A DNA stretch of 64,000 nucleotides from Sphyrna mokarran (lineage: Eukaryota), in contig JAGIQG010000019.1 of NCBI GenBank assembly GCA_024679065.1, positions 7,316,001-7,380,000 on the forward strand. The letters are read 5' to 3'. Under the pieces are notes generated by a model that was given only the letters and a program-made list of their open reading frames with translations, was not told where the DNA came from and made no database searches. Every line of letters begins with the position of its first letter. Position 1 is the first letter of the stretch. Both the position numbers and the translations under genes were made by a program. This document shows positions 1-9,553 of this stretch, in pieces.

Positions 1-327
1 TGTAACAAGAGTTTAGAACAGAGTAAGCAGGAGATATACTAAAATTTATGGAGAAAATTCTAAAGGTTTGGGCCCAAGTAGCTGCAATAACATGATGGAA
101 TTCAGGGACACATAAGGCATTAGATTTGGGGAAGCACAATTATCAGAAAGCCATTTCCAAGAAGATTAGAGATAGCACTGATGCACACTGTTTCTCAATT
201 GCCACATAAAAAGTCACATTCTGCTCATTGAAGACATCCATGGAAGCAGTCTTCAGATTACCAAACTTAGGTTATTTACATAGTGTAATACTGATTACAA
301 AACAGAACGTGAGTGAATAAATTGTAC

Positions 328-468
328 CTTGCATGCAAGACTTCATCTTCAAACTCCGTGGGAAGAAGAGTGAAATATTTTTCCAGCTTTAACCATAGAT
401 TTGGCTTGGGAATCCAACCATTATGAGCATGAATTGAATGAATCTTTGCCAACTGTCTACTTATAAGC
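328..468 (-). CDS. ETNK1: Ethanolamine kinase 1, coding exon 3 (141 nt); gene continues beyond the left edge
   Basis: Minus strand reads ctctcag|G CTT ATA AGT AGA CAG... = (R)LISRQLAKIHSIHAHNGWIPKPNLWLKLEKYFTLLPTEFEDEVLHA(R), ending AG|gtacaa. Matches recalled vertebrate ETNK1 (LIARQLAKIHAIHAHNGWIPK). Phase fits exon 2. Confidence 0.95.
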
Positions 469-1638
469 CTGAGAGACAGAACACAATGACATGTTAAATG
501 GAATCAAATTAAACCAATAAATAACATTGCACAATTTTGCAGCCTAAAAATGCATTCACTCACTATTGTCAACATTAAAATGATTTCTAAAGATAAATGG
601 CTAAGTCAGTGCCATTTTCAACAAAATAAAAAGCTCTTCAATCTCTTCCAGTTTAACTTGGCGAAGACATAAAAAGAAATTTGAGATCAGAATGAACTGT
701 TTCATTTGAAGAGTTAAATTTCCATGTCATTATAGAACCAGAATAATGCAATGTATCTAGATACCTTTGCAATAGATGTCTTATCAAACTAACTTCTGTG
801 AAATGTGACTGTGTGGCTTTTAAAAGAGGTCAACACAAAATTCCAGAATAAAATTGCAAGATAGTCAGTAGATTGTATTCACTTTTTAATTGTTTACAGA
901 AATATTTAGAAGAGCAGTGTAATCCATACTGACTATATTTAAGAGTTTAAAAACTCAGTTTTTACACTTAAGAGGGCCTTAGAGTCAGCAGAAACATTCC
1001 TGAGATATATGTTTCTTCTACTCAAATTACAGGGATACAGTAATAGCTCTTCACAGCTAAAACTTCAATGCACCTCTCAACACTTTAGTTACTTTTTTTT
1101 CCTACATATCTAAATAAATCCATAAGTGAAGATCTGACCTTTTAAAAAAGAAAAATATCCTGTAAGATTATTTTCTTCAGTTAAAAAGGGAAGGGGGGGC
1201 CTGCCACTGAACATTCCTTGCAATTTTAAAAAACAGCTGCATTTGTCTACATAATTATTAGTTTAACTGTAAATGGGAAAAATTGACTAAATTTGCACAG
1301 TTTAAATAATGACTCACTTCCAGTTCAAGGCATAACTGATATTTAGCACTTCAAAGAATTAAATGGGATCTTACAGTATTCAAGCATCTCATAACAATGA
1401 CAAAAATCAGAAAACGCATCTTGCCCACTAGGTAAGAACACACCACAATATGCACACAAATAAGCATCTTGCTTAGTTTAACTACAGCTTCAACCAATAA
1501 AAAACTGAACTCTGAAATGTTCCAAGTTAAGTAAACCAACTGCCTATCAAATTAAACCATAAATACAGCGAAAAAATAAAATTGTACATTTATTTTCTTT
1601 ATTTTGCTTAAGGAAGAGAAAAAAAGAAATGCAAGTAC

Positions 1639-1898
1639 CTGAAAATAGATGGATTCCTGACATGTTCTGGATCCAAGGCACAGCCTTGCATAAATTTATA
1701 GCAGAACCCATTCTGAAAGGTGCAATAAAGTTGTGGTGCACAGCCATGAGCATGCAGTACATGAAAGCTCTTCAGCTCATTTTCACGATCAACAAACAAC
1801 TCTGTCTTGTTACCATAGACTCTCACTAAGACAGCATCGTCTAACGAATCATCAACATAACAAGCAACAAGCTTGTTTGTAATACCATCGGTGAATAC
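1639..1898 (-). CDS. ETNK1: Ethanolamine kinase 1, coding exon 2 (260 nt)
   Basis: Within ORF 1608-1910: VFTDGITNKLVACYVDDSLDDAVLVRVYGNKTELFVDRENELKSFHVLHAHGCAPQLYCTFQNGFCYKFMQGCALDPEHVRNPSIF(R). Choline/ethanolamine kinase N-lobe (GITN, LVRVYG). Acceptor ttgcacag|, donor AG|gtactt. Confidence 0.96.
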
Positions 1899-2040
1899 CT
1901 GTGCAATCAAAATAAAGATTTACAAAAGAAAAACTTTTGTTAACCTGTTAGATAACTCATAAGCTACTGCTGTTAATATGCTCCATTTAGATCATATTCT
2001 AGTATTCCACTGTTAAAAGTGGAGACAAATACAATTAATT

Positions 2041-2316
2041 CCAAGATGGCGCAGTATGGTGACCTCTTGCAATTTGTGCCCAACTTACGTTATATGCTTC
2101 TAAAACTTTATTCTAACTCTTTTCAACTCTAACAATGCTCTAATTCAATCTCTTACATTAAGCTAACCTTTTGCTATACCCTAGCTATGACTGTAATGCT
2201 ACATTCTGCACTTACTCTTTTCCTTCTGCGTATGGTATGTTTTGTCTGTAAACATGCAAGAAACAATACTTTCCACTGTATGCCAATACATGTGACAGTA
2301 ATAAGTTAAATCAAAC
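2041..2316 (+). mobile_element. Short Rex/Babar-type element: 3' tail, preceded by a CAAGATGGCG (YY1-like) head
   Basis: 2155-2316 (ccctagctatgactgtaa...acatgtgaca...aatcaaa) matches the tails at 14050-14210 and 53121-53228. Confidence 0.55.
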
Positions 2317-2442
2317 ATGCAGCTTTCGACTGAGTTATCAGGCCTACAGAAACTCTTCCAGTAACTACTGTTCATATTCAATGGCTGACAGAAGTTAAAT
2401 GCTTCAGTCTAATTCCAATTTTTTTTTCTAAATTTTTTTCAC

Positions 2443-4822
2443 GGATTAGAGAACCGTGGCTTACCAGGGATATTGAGGACTTGATCAGGAAGAAGCGAGA
2501 GGCTTACATTAGACCTAGGCAACTGGGGACTGAGACAGCGCTGGAAGCTTATAGAGAGTGTAGACGGGATCTTAAAAGGGGTGTTAGAAAGGCAAAAAGG
2601 GGCCACGAAGTGGGTCTGGCAGGTAGGATTAAGGAAAATCCTAAAGCATTTTACACCTATGTAAGGAGCAAAAGGATGGTTAGAGGCAAGATTGGACCTC
2701 TCAGGGACAGAGGAGGGGATCTATGCTTAGAGCCTGAGGGAACGGGGGAGATCCTGAATGAATACTTTGCGTCGGTATTCACTCAGGAGACTGGCCAGAT
2801 GTCTGTTGCTGATGTTGACAAAGTTGAAGATCGGTTGAGGGAAATAAAGATTACAAGGAAAGAGGTGTTGGGGCTGTTAGGCAGCTTAAAGACATATAAA
2901 GCTCCGGGGCCTGATGGCATTTACCCCAGGCTGCTAAGGGAGTTGAGGGAAGACCTAGCTGGGCCTCTGACGCAAATCTTGGTCTCTTCCTTGGACACAG
3001 GTGAGGTCCCAGAGGACTGGAGGATAGCAAATGTAGTACCGTTGTTTAAAAAAGGTCAGAGGGATAACCCAGGGAACTATAGGCCGGTGAGCTTGACTTC
3101 AGTTATAGGTAAGCTAATGGAGAGGATCCTTAGGGACAGGATGTACGAGCATCTGGAGCGCTGCGATCTGATCAGGGATACGCAGCATGGCTTCGTCAAG
3201 GGGAAGTCTTGTCTTACAAATCTAGTGGAATTTTTTCAAGAAGTGACAAAAACAGTTGATGAAGGACATGCTGTTGATGTTGTCTACATGGATTTCAGTA
3301 AGGCGTTTGACAAGGTTCCTCAAGGTAGACTGATAGAGAAGGTGAAGGCGCATGGGATACAGGGCCAGGTATGTAGATGGATCGAGAACTGGCTCGGGAG
3401 GAGGAGACAGAGGGTAGTAGTGGAAGGCTCTTTTTCCGACTGGAGGCCTGTCACTAGTGGAGTGCCACAAGGCTCAGTACTAGGTCCTCTTCTATTTGTG
3501 GTTTACATAAACGACTTGGAAGAGGGGGTAGGTGGTAAGATCAGCAAATTTACTGATGACACTAAGATGCTTGGATTGGCGGGTACAGAGGAGCAGTGCC
3601 AGGCAATACATTGGACGTAGATAGGTTGGTAGACTGGGCAGATAGATGGCAAATGGAATTTAATCCGGATAAATGCGAGGTGATGCATTTTGGCCGGAAA
3701 AATGTAAAAGAGAGTTATAGGATAAAAGGTAAAACTATACGGAGCATAGAGACGCAGAGAGACTTGGGGGTGCAGGTTCACAAGTCTCTGAAGGGGTCCT
3801 CACAGGTGGAGAAGGTGATAAAGAAGGCGTATAGTATGTTAGCTTTCATAGAAAAGGGTATAGAATACAAGAGTAGGAGTTTGATGTTGCAATTGTATAG
3901 AACGTTGGTTAGGCTCACTTGGAATACTGCGTCCAGTTCTGGTCGCCGTACTATCGGAAGGATGTGGAGTCCTTGGAGAGAGTGCAGAGGAGGTTTACCA
4001 GGATGCTGCCTGGTACGGAAGGACTGTCTTATGAGGAACGATTAGATAGACTGGGGTTGTTTTCCCTTGAAAGACGTCGGCTTAGAGGGGATCTCATAGA
4101 GGTGTATAAGATTATAAGGGGTATAGATAGAGTAAATGGAGGTAAACTTTTTCCACCTTCAGAAATGAATAGGACGAGGGGTCATGGCCTTAGGGTGAGG
4201 GGGGCTATGTATAAGACGAATATTAGAGGGCAGTTTTTCACACAAAGGGTAGGGGGGGTGTGGAATGCACTGCCGAGTAAGGTGGTGGGAGCAGGCACGC
4301 TAGGGCTGTTTAAGGGTCTCTTGGACAGCCACGTGAGCGTTATGCAGATAGAGGGATATAGTAGGACTGTTTAACTATGGCTTTTTTTCCCACAGGTAAT
4401 TCGGTCCAACTTGACCAACAAGGAGCATGCATTCGGCAGGTGGTGCGAGGACAGCTCTTGGATGTTGATTCATGGGTTGCCTGGTGCTTCATGTCATAAA
4501 TGAGTGCTTTATCTGGACCATCTGAAGGGCACCATGACAGGTCAGTGACTATCGCTGTAGCTGTGCAGACACTTGGAATTGGGCCGGTGTCTGCGGGATT
4601 TTGCGCGTTCTCCCCGTGGTTGCGTGGGTTTCCTCCCACATCCCAAAAAATTCGCTCTTAGGCTGATTGGGAAACAAATTGTCCCTACATTGAGACTCTT
4701 CCATATTAGGAATAACCTAAAATTAGAATAGGATAATGGAATTGTTACTATATAGTTATGACGGCAGCGCGGGCTCGTTGGGCCGAAGGGCCTGTTTCCC
4801 ATGCTGAGTTGCTCTCTCTCTC
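2443..4822 (+). mobile_element. 5'-truncated CR1-clade LINE (ORF2 reverse transcriptase, two frameshifts) with an unusually long composite 3' UTR; in ETNK1 intron 1, antisense to the gene
   Basis: ORFs 2481-3620, 3596-4045 and 3919-4374 give KAPGPDG, NYRPVSLTSV, QHGF, YMDFSKAFDKV, SGVPQGSVLGPLLF, KFTDDTK, EYCVQFWSP, LERRRLRGDLIE. Tail gggccgaagggcctgttt followed by (ct)n. Confidence 0.95.
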
Positions 4823-4999
4823 TCAACCTGTGAGCACACAATTTCTAAAGTTTAAGTTTGAAATCCTTTGATGAAAACCAGGCATTTATCCAAGCCAAGA
4901 AATCCTAAAACAAGCTGCATTTGGACTGCAAGTGATTACATTCAGTACTTTTAACAAAATGGCATGAGAATGGATATTAAGGAAACAAAGTGGAGCTCA

Positions 5000-5355
5000 G
5001 AAGCGACCTGATAGAGGTTTATAAAATGTTGAGGGGAATAGATAGGGTTGACTCTCAGAGACTATTTCCCCGAGCTGAAATGGTCACTACGAGAGGACAC
5101 AGATTTAAGGTGCAGGGAAGCAAATACAGAGGAGATGTTAGGGGTAAGTTTTTCACGAGAGGGTGGTGAGTGAATGAAATCTGCTGCCATCGGAGGTTGT
5201 TGAGGCAAACTCGTTGGGGTCTTTTAAAAGACTTCTGGATGAGTATATGAAAATGAATAGGATAGGGGGTTATAGATAGGTCTGTGGATTGGTAGATGTG
5301 ATCAGCGCAACTTGTGGGCCGAAGGGCCTGTTTGTGCTGTATTGTTCTATGTTCA
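5000..5355 (+). mobile_element. CR1 LINE 3' fragment
   Basis: DLIEVYKMLRGIDRV...TRGH-like sequence and tail gggccgaagggcctgtttgtgctgtattgttctatgttc. Confidence 0.85.
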
Positions 5356-7489
5356 AGTATAGATGACTTCCAAAGTCTACTCTGTTTTAGCAACTAGTAT
5401 CCACTCTGTTGTTACAAATTACTGGATAGTTTGTGGCAAAATCCTCAATTTAAAACAATGATTCAAATACTTTGTTCTTATACAAATTTGCCTAAAGAAA
5501 TCCATCCTAGCAGGTTCATAGCCAGGCATCAGAACTCAACTAGATGGATTTGTCAACCATGATCCACTTATTTAGAAAATCTGTATAGATGCTAAAGATC
5601 CAAAAAGTCAAACGGACTCAATGTTTTCTCTCCCTCCAGATACAGCCAGACTTACTGATTTTTTCCAGTTCTGTTTTGTTAAAGATTATGGTGGGTATCC
5701 TCTGCTGGACCAGGACTGAGAAGACAATCAATAATTTTGCAACCAAGATATTATACAATTATATGTCTTAGTTCTATTGGCTCCTCCATACTCAGTTATC
5801 ACAACTTGCAAGTAGCATCTTTCAGATGTTAAAAAAAATTCCAAGGCACTTCTCAAAAGGTTAAAGAAATGTAACTGTGTAGGATTAAAGATATATTAAA
5901 TAACCAGAAGCTTGGTCAAAAAGTTAGGAGGAAAGTGAGACAGAGAGCAGGAGAAACTGAATACTCAAGGCTAGAACTGGAGGAGTACAGAAAGGTTGTA
6001 TGGGTTGAGGGGGTCAGAGATAAAGAGGTGCAAGGCCGCTGAGGTATTTTAAAACAAGGAAGAGATTTATAAGATTGAAATGTTGCTAAACCAAGAGCCA
6101 ATGCAGGCCAGTGAGTACAGAACTGATGTCTGAGACCAAGGCTCGATGCAACATGCACTGACTTGTAAGTGCCCCTGAAATGGACTAGCAATTCATCAAT
6201 TCGACAGCAATTAGGGACAGGCAACAAATGCATGCTTTGTCAGCAACACTCACTACCCGTAAAATAAAAATGTTAGAACGTGAGCAGCAGAATCTCATTG
6301 AGCTCAAGCTTTGATAGGGTAAAACATGGGAGACTGGCCAGGTATGGGACAGACAAGTCTATGGTAACAGAGGGACAGACAAGGGTTTCATCAAATGAAC
6401 AAAGATGTGTAATGTCAAAGAGCTAGAAATAGATACTGTTAGTGATACTGTAGATAAACTTTTAATGTTGTTAACAGTCTGATTCAACCTCAGAGACATG
6501 CCAGGGAGAGGGAATCAATGACAAGGGATCAGAGTTTGCATGCAGACCAGAGACAGGTGCTTCAGTCTTCACAATATTTAGTTAGGGGAAATTTCTGTTA
6601 ATCCAGTTTGCATATCAGGTGAGCAGTTTGACAATTTAGAGTACAGCTGATTGCAGATGACTCCGGTTCATTTCAACAGAATACAACAATTATTACACAT
6701 TAGTCGGAATTCTGCAGTTCACAGGGAAGCAGGTACTTGAAAGACTAAGAAAGCTCTGGATTCAGCCTAGACAGAATATGGAGTTCAGCCTCAGAATGAA
6801 GTTCTAATTAATACGTACATAAACAAAAAGTATTTAGATGCTGTCTTTAACATTACAATACCCCAAGTCAGCCCACCAAAACATAATTAAAAATTGGACA
6901 GCAAGCCATGAGAGGAAGCAAGGATGCAAATCAACGTCAATGGTACAGAAAATTAACTTTAGAAAACTGTTACCTATTTAAAGAAAGTGGAGGAAACACA
7001 AGCGGTGGTAGAAAGATTACGCTGGGTTACATAAAGGTGAATGGGGAGCTGACGACCATTTCTACAGATGACGATGCAAAAAAAAATCACCACACGGTAC
7101 TATAAGGATGCTGAGCCTAGACTGTTGGGGGACCGCAGAAGTAATAGTTTGGAGACAAGAAAAGCTGTAGCAACAATGGTACAGATAGGAATGGTGGCAA
7201 AAAGTTTCATCCATGACCCTGAACAACATTCCTTCTTCACCCTCTTCCCCTAACCATCACTACCTTGTTTCACCACCACGTATCAACCCAGTCCAATCCA
7301 ATCCCATATCATTTCACACCAGCCTCACACCCAATCCAGCTCTACCCGAAACCTAACCCAACCCTCTACCCAACCAAAAACCACCTCAGACCCCACACAA
7401 TACCCTCCCCAGATCCAGACCTCAAAACCATATTCACTACTCCAGATTCTGATCCCATACCCCCATCCTAATTTCCATTCCCTCACCAC

Positions 7490-7762
7490 ACAGCTTAGCC
7501 CTGCTTTCCATACCCTCATCCTACAACTTGGCCCCAGTTTCCATACCCTTGCCCCAATTTCCATACCCTCGCCCCACACCGTAGCCCCAGTTTCCATACC
7601 CTTACACATTATCACACATTAGTCGGAATTCTGCAGTTCACATACCCTTGCCCCAATTTCCATACCCTCATCCCACACCGTAGCCCCAGTTTCCGTACCC
7701 CTGTCCCAATTTCCATATCCTCACCCCACACCGTAGCCCCAATTTCTATACCCCCGCCCCCT
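7490..7762. repeat. C-rich imperfect minisatellite (CCCCA(A/G)TTTCCATACCCT core) in ETNK1 intron 1
   Basis: Repeated ccccagtttccataccc / gccccaatttccataccc / ccccacaccgtag units. The transcribed (-) strand is G-rich. Confidence 0.85.
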
Positions 7763-7949
7763 AGTCTAGCAGCTCCAGGATGTGGATGACGCAGTTATGT
7801 GCTGAGTGTTGGAGAGTAAGAAGCAGAAATGAAGCCTCTGGGCCCGTCCTGCTGAGGCCCAGCCCAGTCCTGCCTCAGTACAGTGGAGGGGGGGGGAACG
7901 GGCCTGGTACTGGAGCCTCCACCGGCGCAGACACGCCCCCCACCCTTAC

Positions 7950-8096
7950 CTTCATCTTAACCTGAGCTGGATCCCAGTGAGGCCTCAGTTCTCTCATCAG
8001 GCGCCGGGAGCCCGCTTCCATGTCCTGCTGCTGGACAGTGACGGGCAGCTTGGCGACAGCGGGCACCGGGGCCGGGAGGTGGATGTAACTGGCCAT
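7950..8096 (-). CDS. ETNK1: Ethanolamine kinase 1, coding exon 1 (49 codons)
   Basis: gttgcgATGG start; MASYIHLPAPVPAVAKLPVTVQQQDMEAGSRRLMRELRPHWDPAQVKMK resembles ETNK1 MANYIHVP...LRPHWDP. Donor AAG|gtaagg, phase 0, joins exon 2 in frame. Lies in a CpG island. Confidence 0.94.
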
Positions 8097-8159
8097 CGCA
8101 ACGACGCCGTCCCCGCCGCCGCAGCCACTCGACAACCGGCTCCTCGAAGCTTCCAAGCG

Positions 8160-8286
8160 CGGCGCATGCGCGTTTCCGGTGGTGGCGGTGGCGGCGGCGG
8201 CGTCCTGACGTCACTCGGAGCATCCTGACGTCACTCTGAGCGTCCTGCCCACGTGACGCCGAGAGGTGTCAGAGGAGTCACGTGGC
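8160..8286 (-). promoter_or_regulatory. ETNK1 proximal promoter: NRF1-type GCGCATGCGC, ETS-like site, two full CREs, two GTCACGTGG E-boxes
   Basis: GCGCATGCGC 8162-8171; TTTCCGGT 8173-8180; TGACGTCA 8206-8213 and 8226-8233; CCACGTGAC 8249-8257; GTCACGTGG 8277-8285. CpG-rich, just upstream of the ETNK1 ATG. Confidence 0.75.
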
Positions 8287-8424
8287 CCTGGGACATGTGG
8301 CAGCTTTTGGGAGCTGCCCTTGGTATGCAATGCAGCTGAATTAACTGGGAGAGATATGTACAACAATAACAACATGCACTCATGAAATTAATACCTCATA
8401 GGAGCCAAAATTCTACTAAATGCC

Positions 8425-8535
8425 AATTACCACGGATGCTGGAATCTGAAAACAGAAAATGTTGGAAAATCTCAGCATCATCTGTGCAACAAGAATAGAA
8501 CCAAGTTTCGAGTCTACATGACTCTTCGTCAGAGG
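8425..8535 (-). mobile_element. Short Penelope-type terminal repeat with a hammerhead-like core
   Basis: Minus strand: CTGACGA a GAGTC atgta GACTC GAAAC, then ...cacagatg..gctgagattttccaacattttctgttttcagattccagcatc. Related copies at ~9110-9235, ~5590-5680 and ~60720-60920. Confidence 0.6.
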
Positions 8536-9037
8536 CTGTGTGGTGGCACAGTGGTTGGCATTGCTGCCTCACAGCACCAGAGTTCAATTCCAGCCTGAGG
8601 TCGCTGTCTGTGTGAAGTTTGCAAATTCTCCTCGTGTCTGCCTGGGTTTCCTCCAGGTAGTCATGATGTAGAGATGCTGGCGTTGGGCTGGTGTAAACTC
8701 AGTAAGAATCTGGCAACACCAATTTTAAATCCAACTGATTTATTTGATAGTAAATCTGCAAGCTTTTGGTCTTTGTAGCCTTCGTCAGGCGAATGAGATG
8801 TTCTGGTCTCCAAAAGCACACATATCAGCACAGACAGTTTACAGATTGCAGTTTCCCTCCCATAACAGTCTGGCCATGCTAATTTGCCCCTCAATTTTCA
8901 AAAACGTGTAGTTAGATTAATTGACCATGGTAAATTGGTGTGCATTAGGATGGGGGAGAAGGTCTGGGTAAGATTTAGTCAGAGACTTGATGAGCCTAAA
9001 GACCTCCTTCTGCACTGTAGGGATTCCAGGATTCTAT
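8534..9037 (+). mobile_element. V-domain tRNA-SINE (HE1-like, CR1-type tail), interrupted by a Penelope-like insert
   Basis: A-box tggcacagtgg, B-box gagttcaattcc, V-domain ctgtctgtgtgaagtttgc..ttctcctcgtgtctgc, tail cctccttctgcactgtagggattc. Confidence 0.8.
8660..8850 (-). mobile_element. Penelope-like element 3' terminal fragment with decayed minimal hammerhead (8757-8792)
   Basis: Same terminus (gatgtagagatgc(c/t)ggcgttgg) as copies at 21588, 42669, 48005 and 52024. Minus strand CTGACGA...AAAAGCTT. Confidence 0.75.
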
Positions 9038-9245
9038 GACAACAACACATATTCATATAGTCACTTCAATTAAATACCTCACAGGAGCCAAAATCCTGCT
9101 AAAAACAAATTACTGCAGATGCTGGAATCTGAAACAAAAATACAAAGTGCTGGAAAATCTCAGCAGGTCTGATTGCATCTATGGAGATAAAATAAAGCTA
9201 ACGTTTCAAGTGTGGATGACTTCATTAAAACCTGAATCTCTCAAG

Positions 9246-9553
9246 GGCTGCATGATGGCACAATGGTTAGCACTGCTGCCTCACAACGCCAGACACCTGG
9301 TTTCGATTCCTGGGGGTGATACAGTCTATATGGAGTCTGCACATTCTCTCCATATCTGCCTGAGTTTTCTCCAGAAGCTCTGGTTTCCTCTCACAGTCTG
9401 AAAGACGTACTGGTTAGGTGCGCTGGCCATGCCAAATTCTCAGTGTACCTGAACAGGTGCCAGCGTGGCAACTGAGGGCTTTTCACTGTAACTTCATTGC
9501 GTTGTTAATGAAAGCCTACTTGTGACACTAATCAATAATAAGTAAACTTAAAA
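9246..9553 (+). mobile_element. V-domain tRNA-SINE with second tail type
   Basis: Same head and V-domain, but tail ...ttttcactgtaacttcattgc...gcctacttgtgacactaat...aaacttaaa. Confidence 0.8.

Noticed and set aside
2481-3620. 379-aa reverse transcriptase ORF as a host gene or a prokaryote-type retron/defence RT
   Set aside because: It is CR1 ORF2: 5'-truncated, frameshifted twice, catalytic motif reads FTDD, and it lies inside an ETNK1 intron.
4340-4639. Antisense ORF resembling ORF 11573-11755 (TAIVTDLSWCPSDGP / TAIVTELSCCPSNGP) as a conserved peptide
   Set aside because: Similarity follows from the shared repeat DNA; the frame is interrupted by a stop in the second copy.
7490-7762. Repeat array with a unique insert, superficially CRISPR-like
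   Set aside because: Degenerate eukaryotic minisatellite; no regular repeat-spacer period and no cas genes.
8097-8167. N-terminal extension (TTG at 8156) or overlapping upstream ORF (ATG at 8167) for ETNK1
   Set aside because: No in-frame upstream ATG. The out-of-frame ATG lies within the NRF1 motif, probably upstream of the TSS. Cannot be supported without transcript data.
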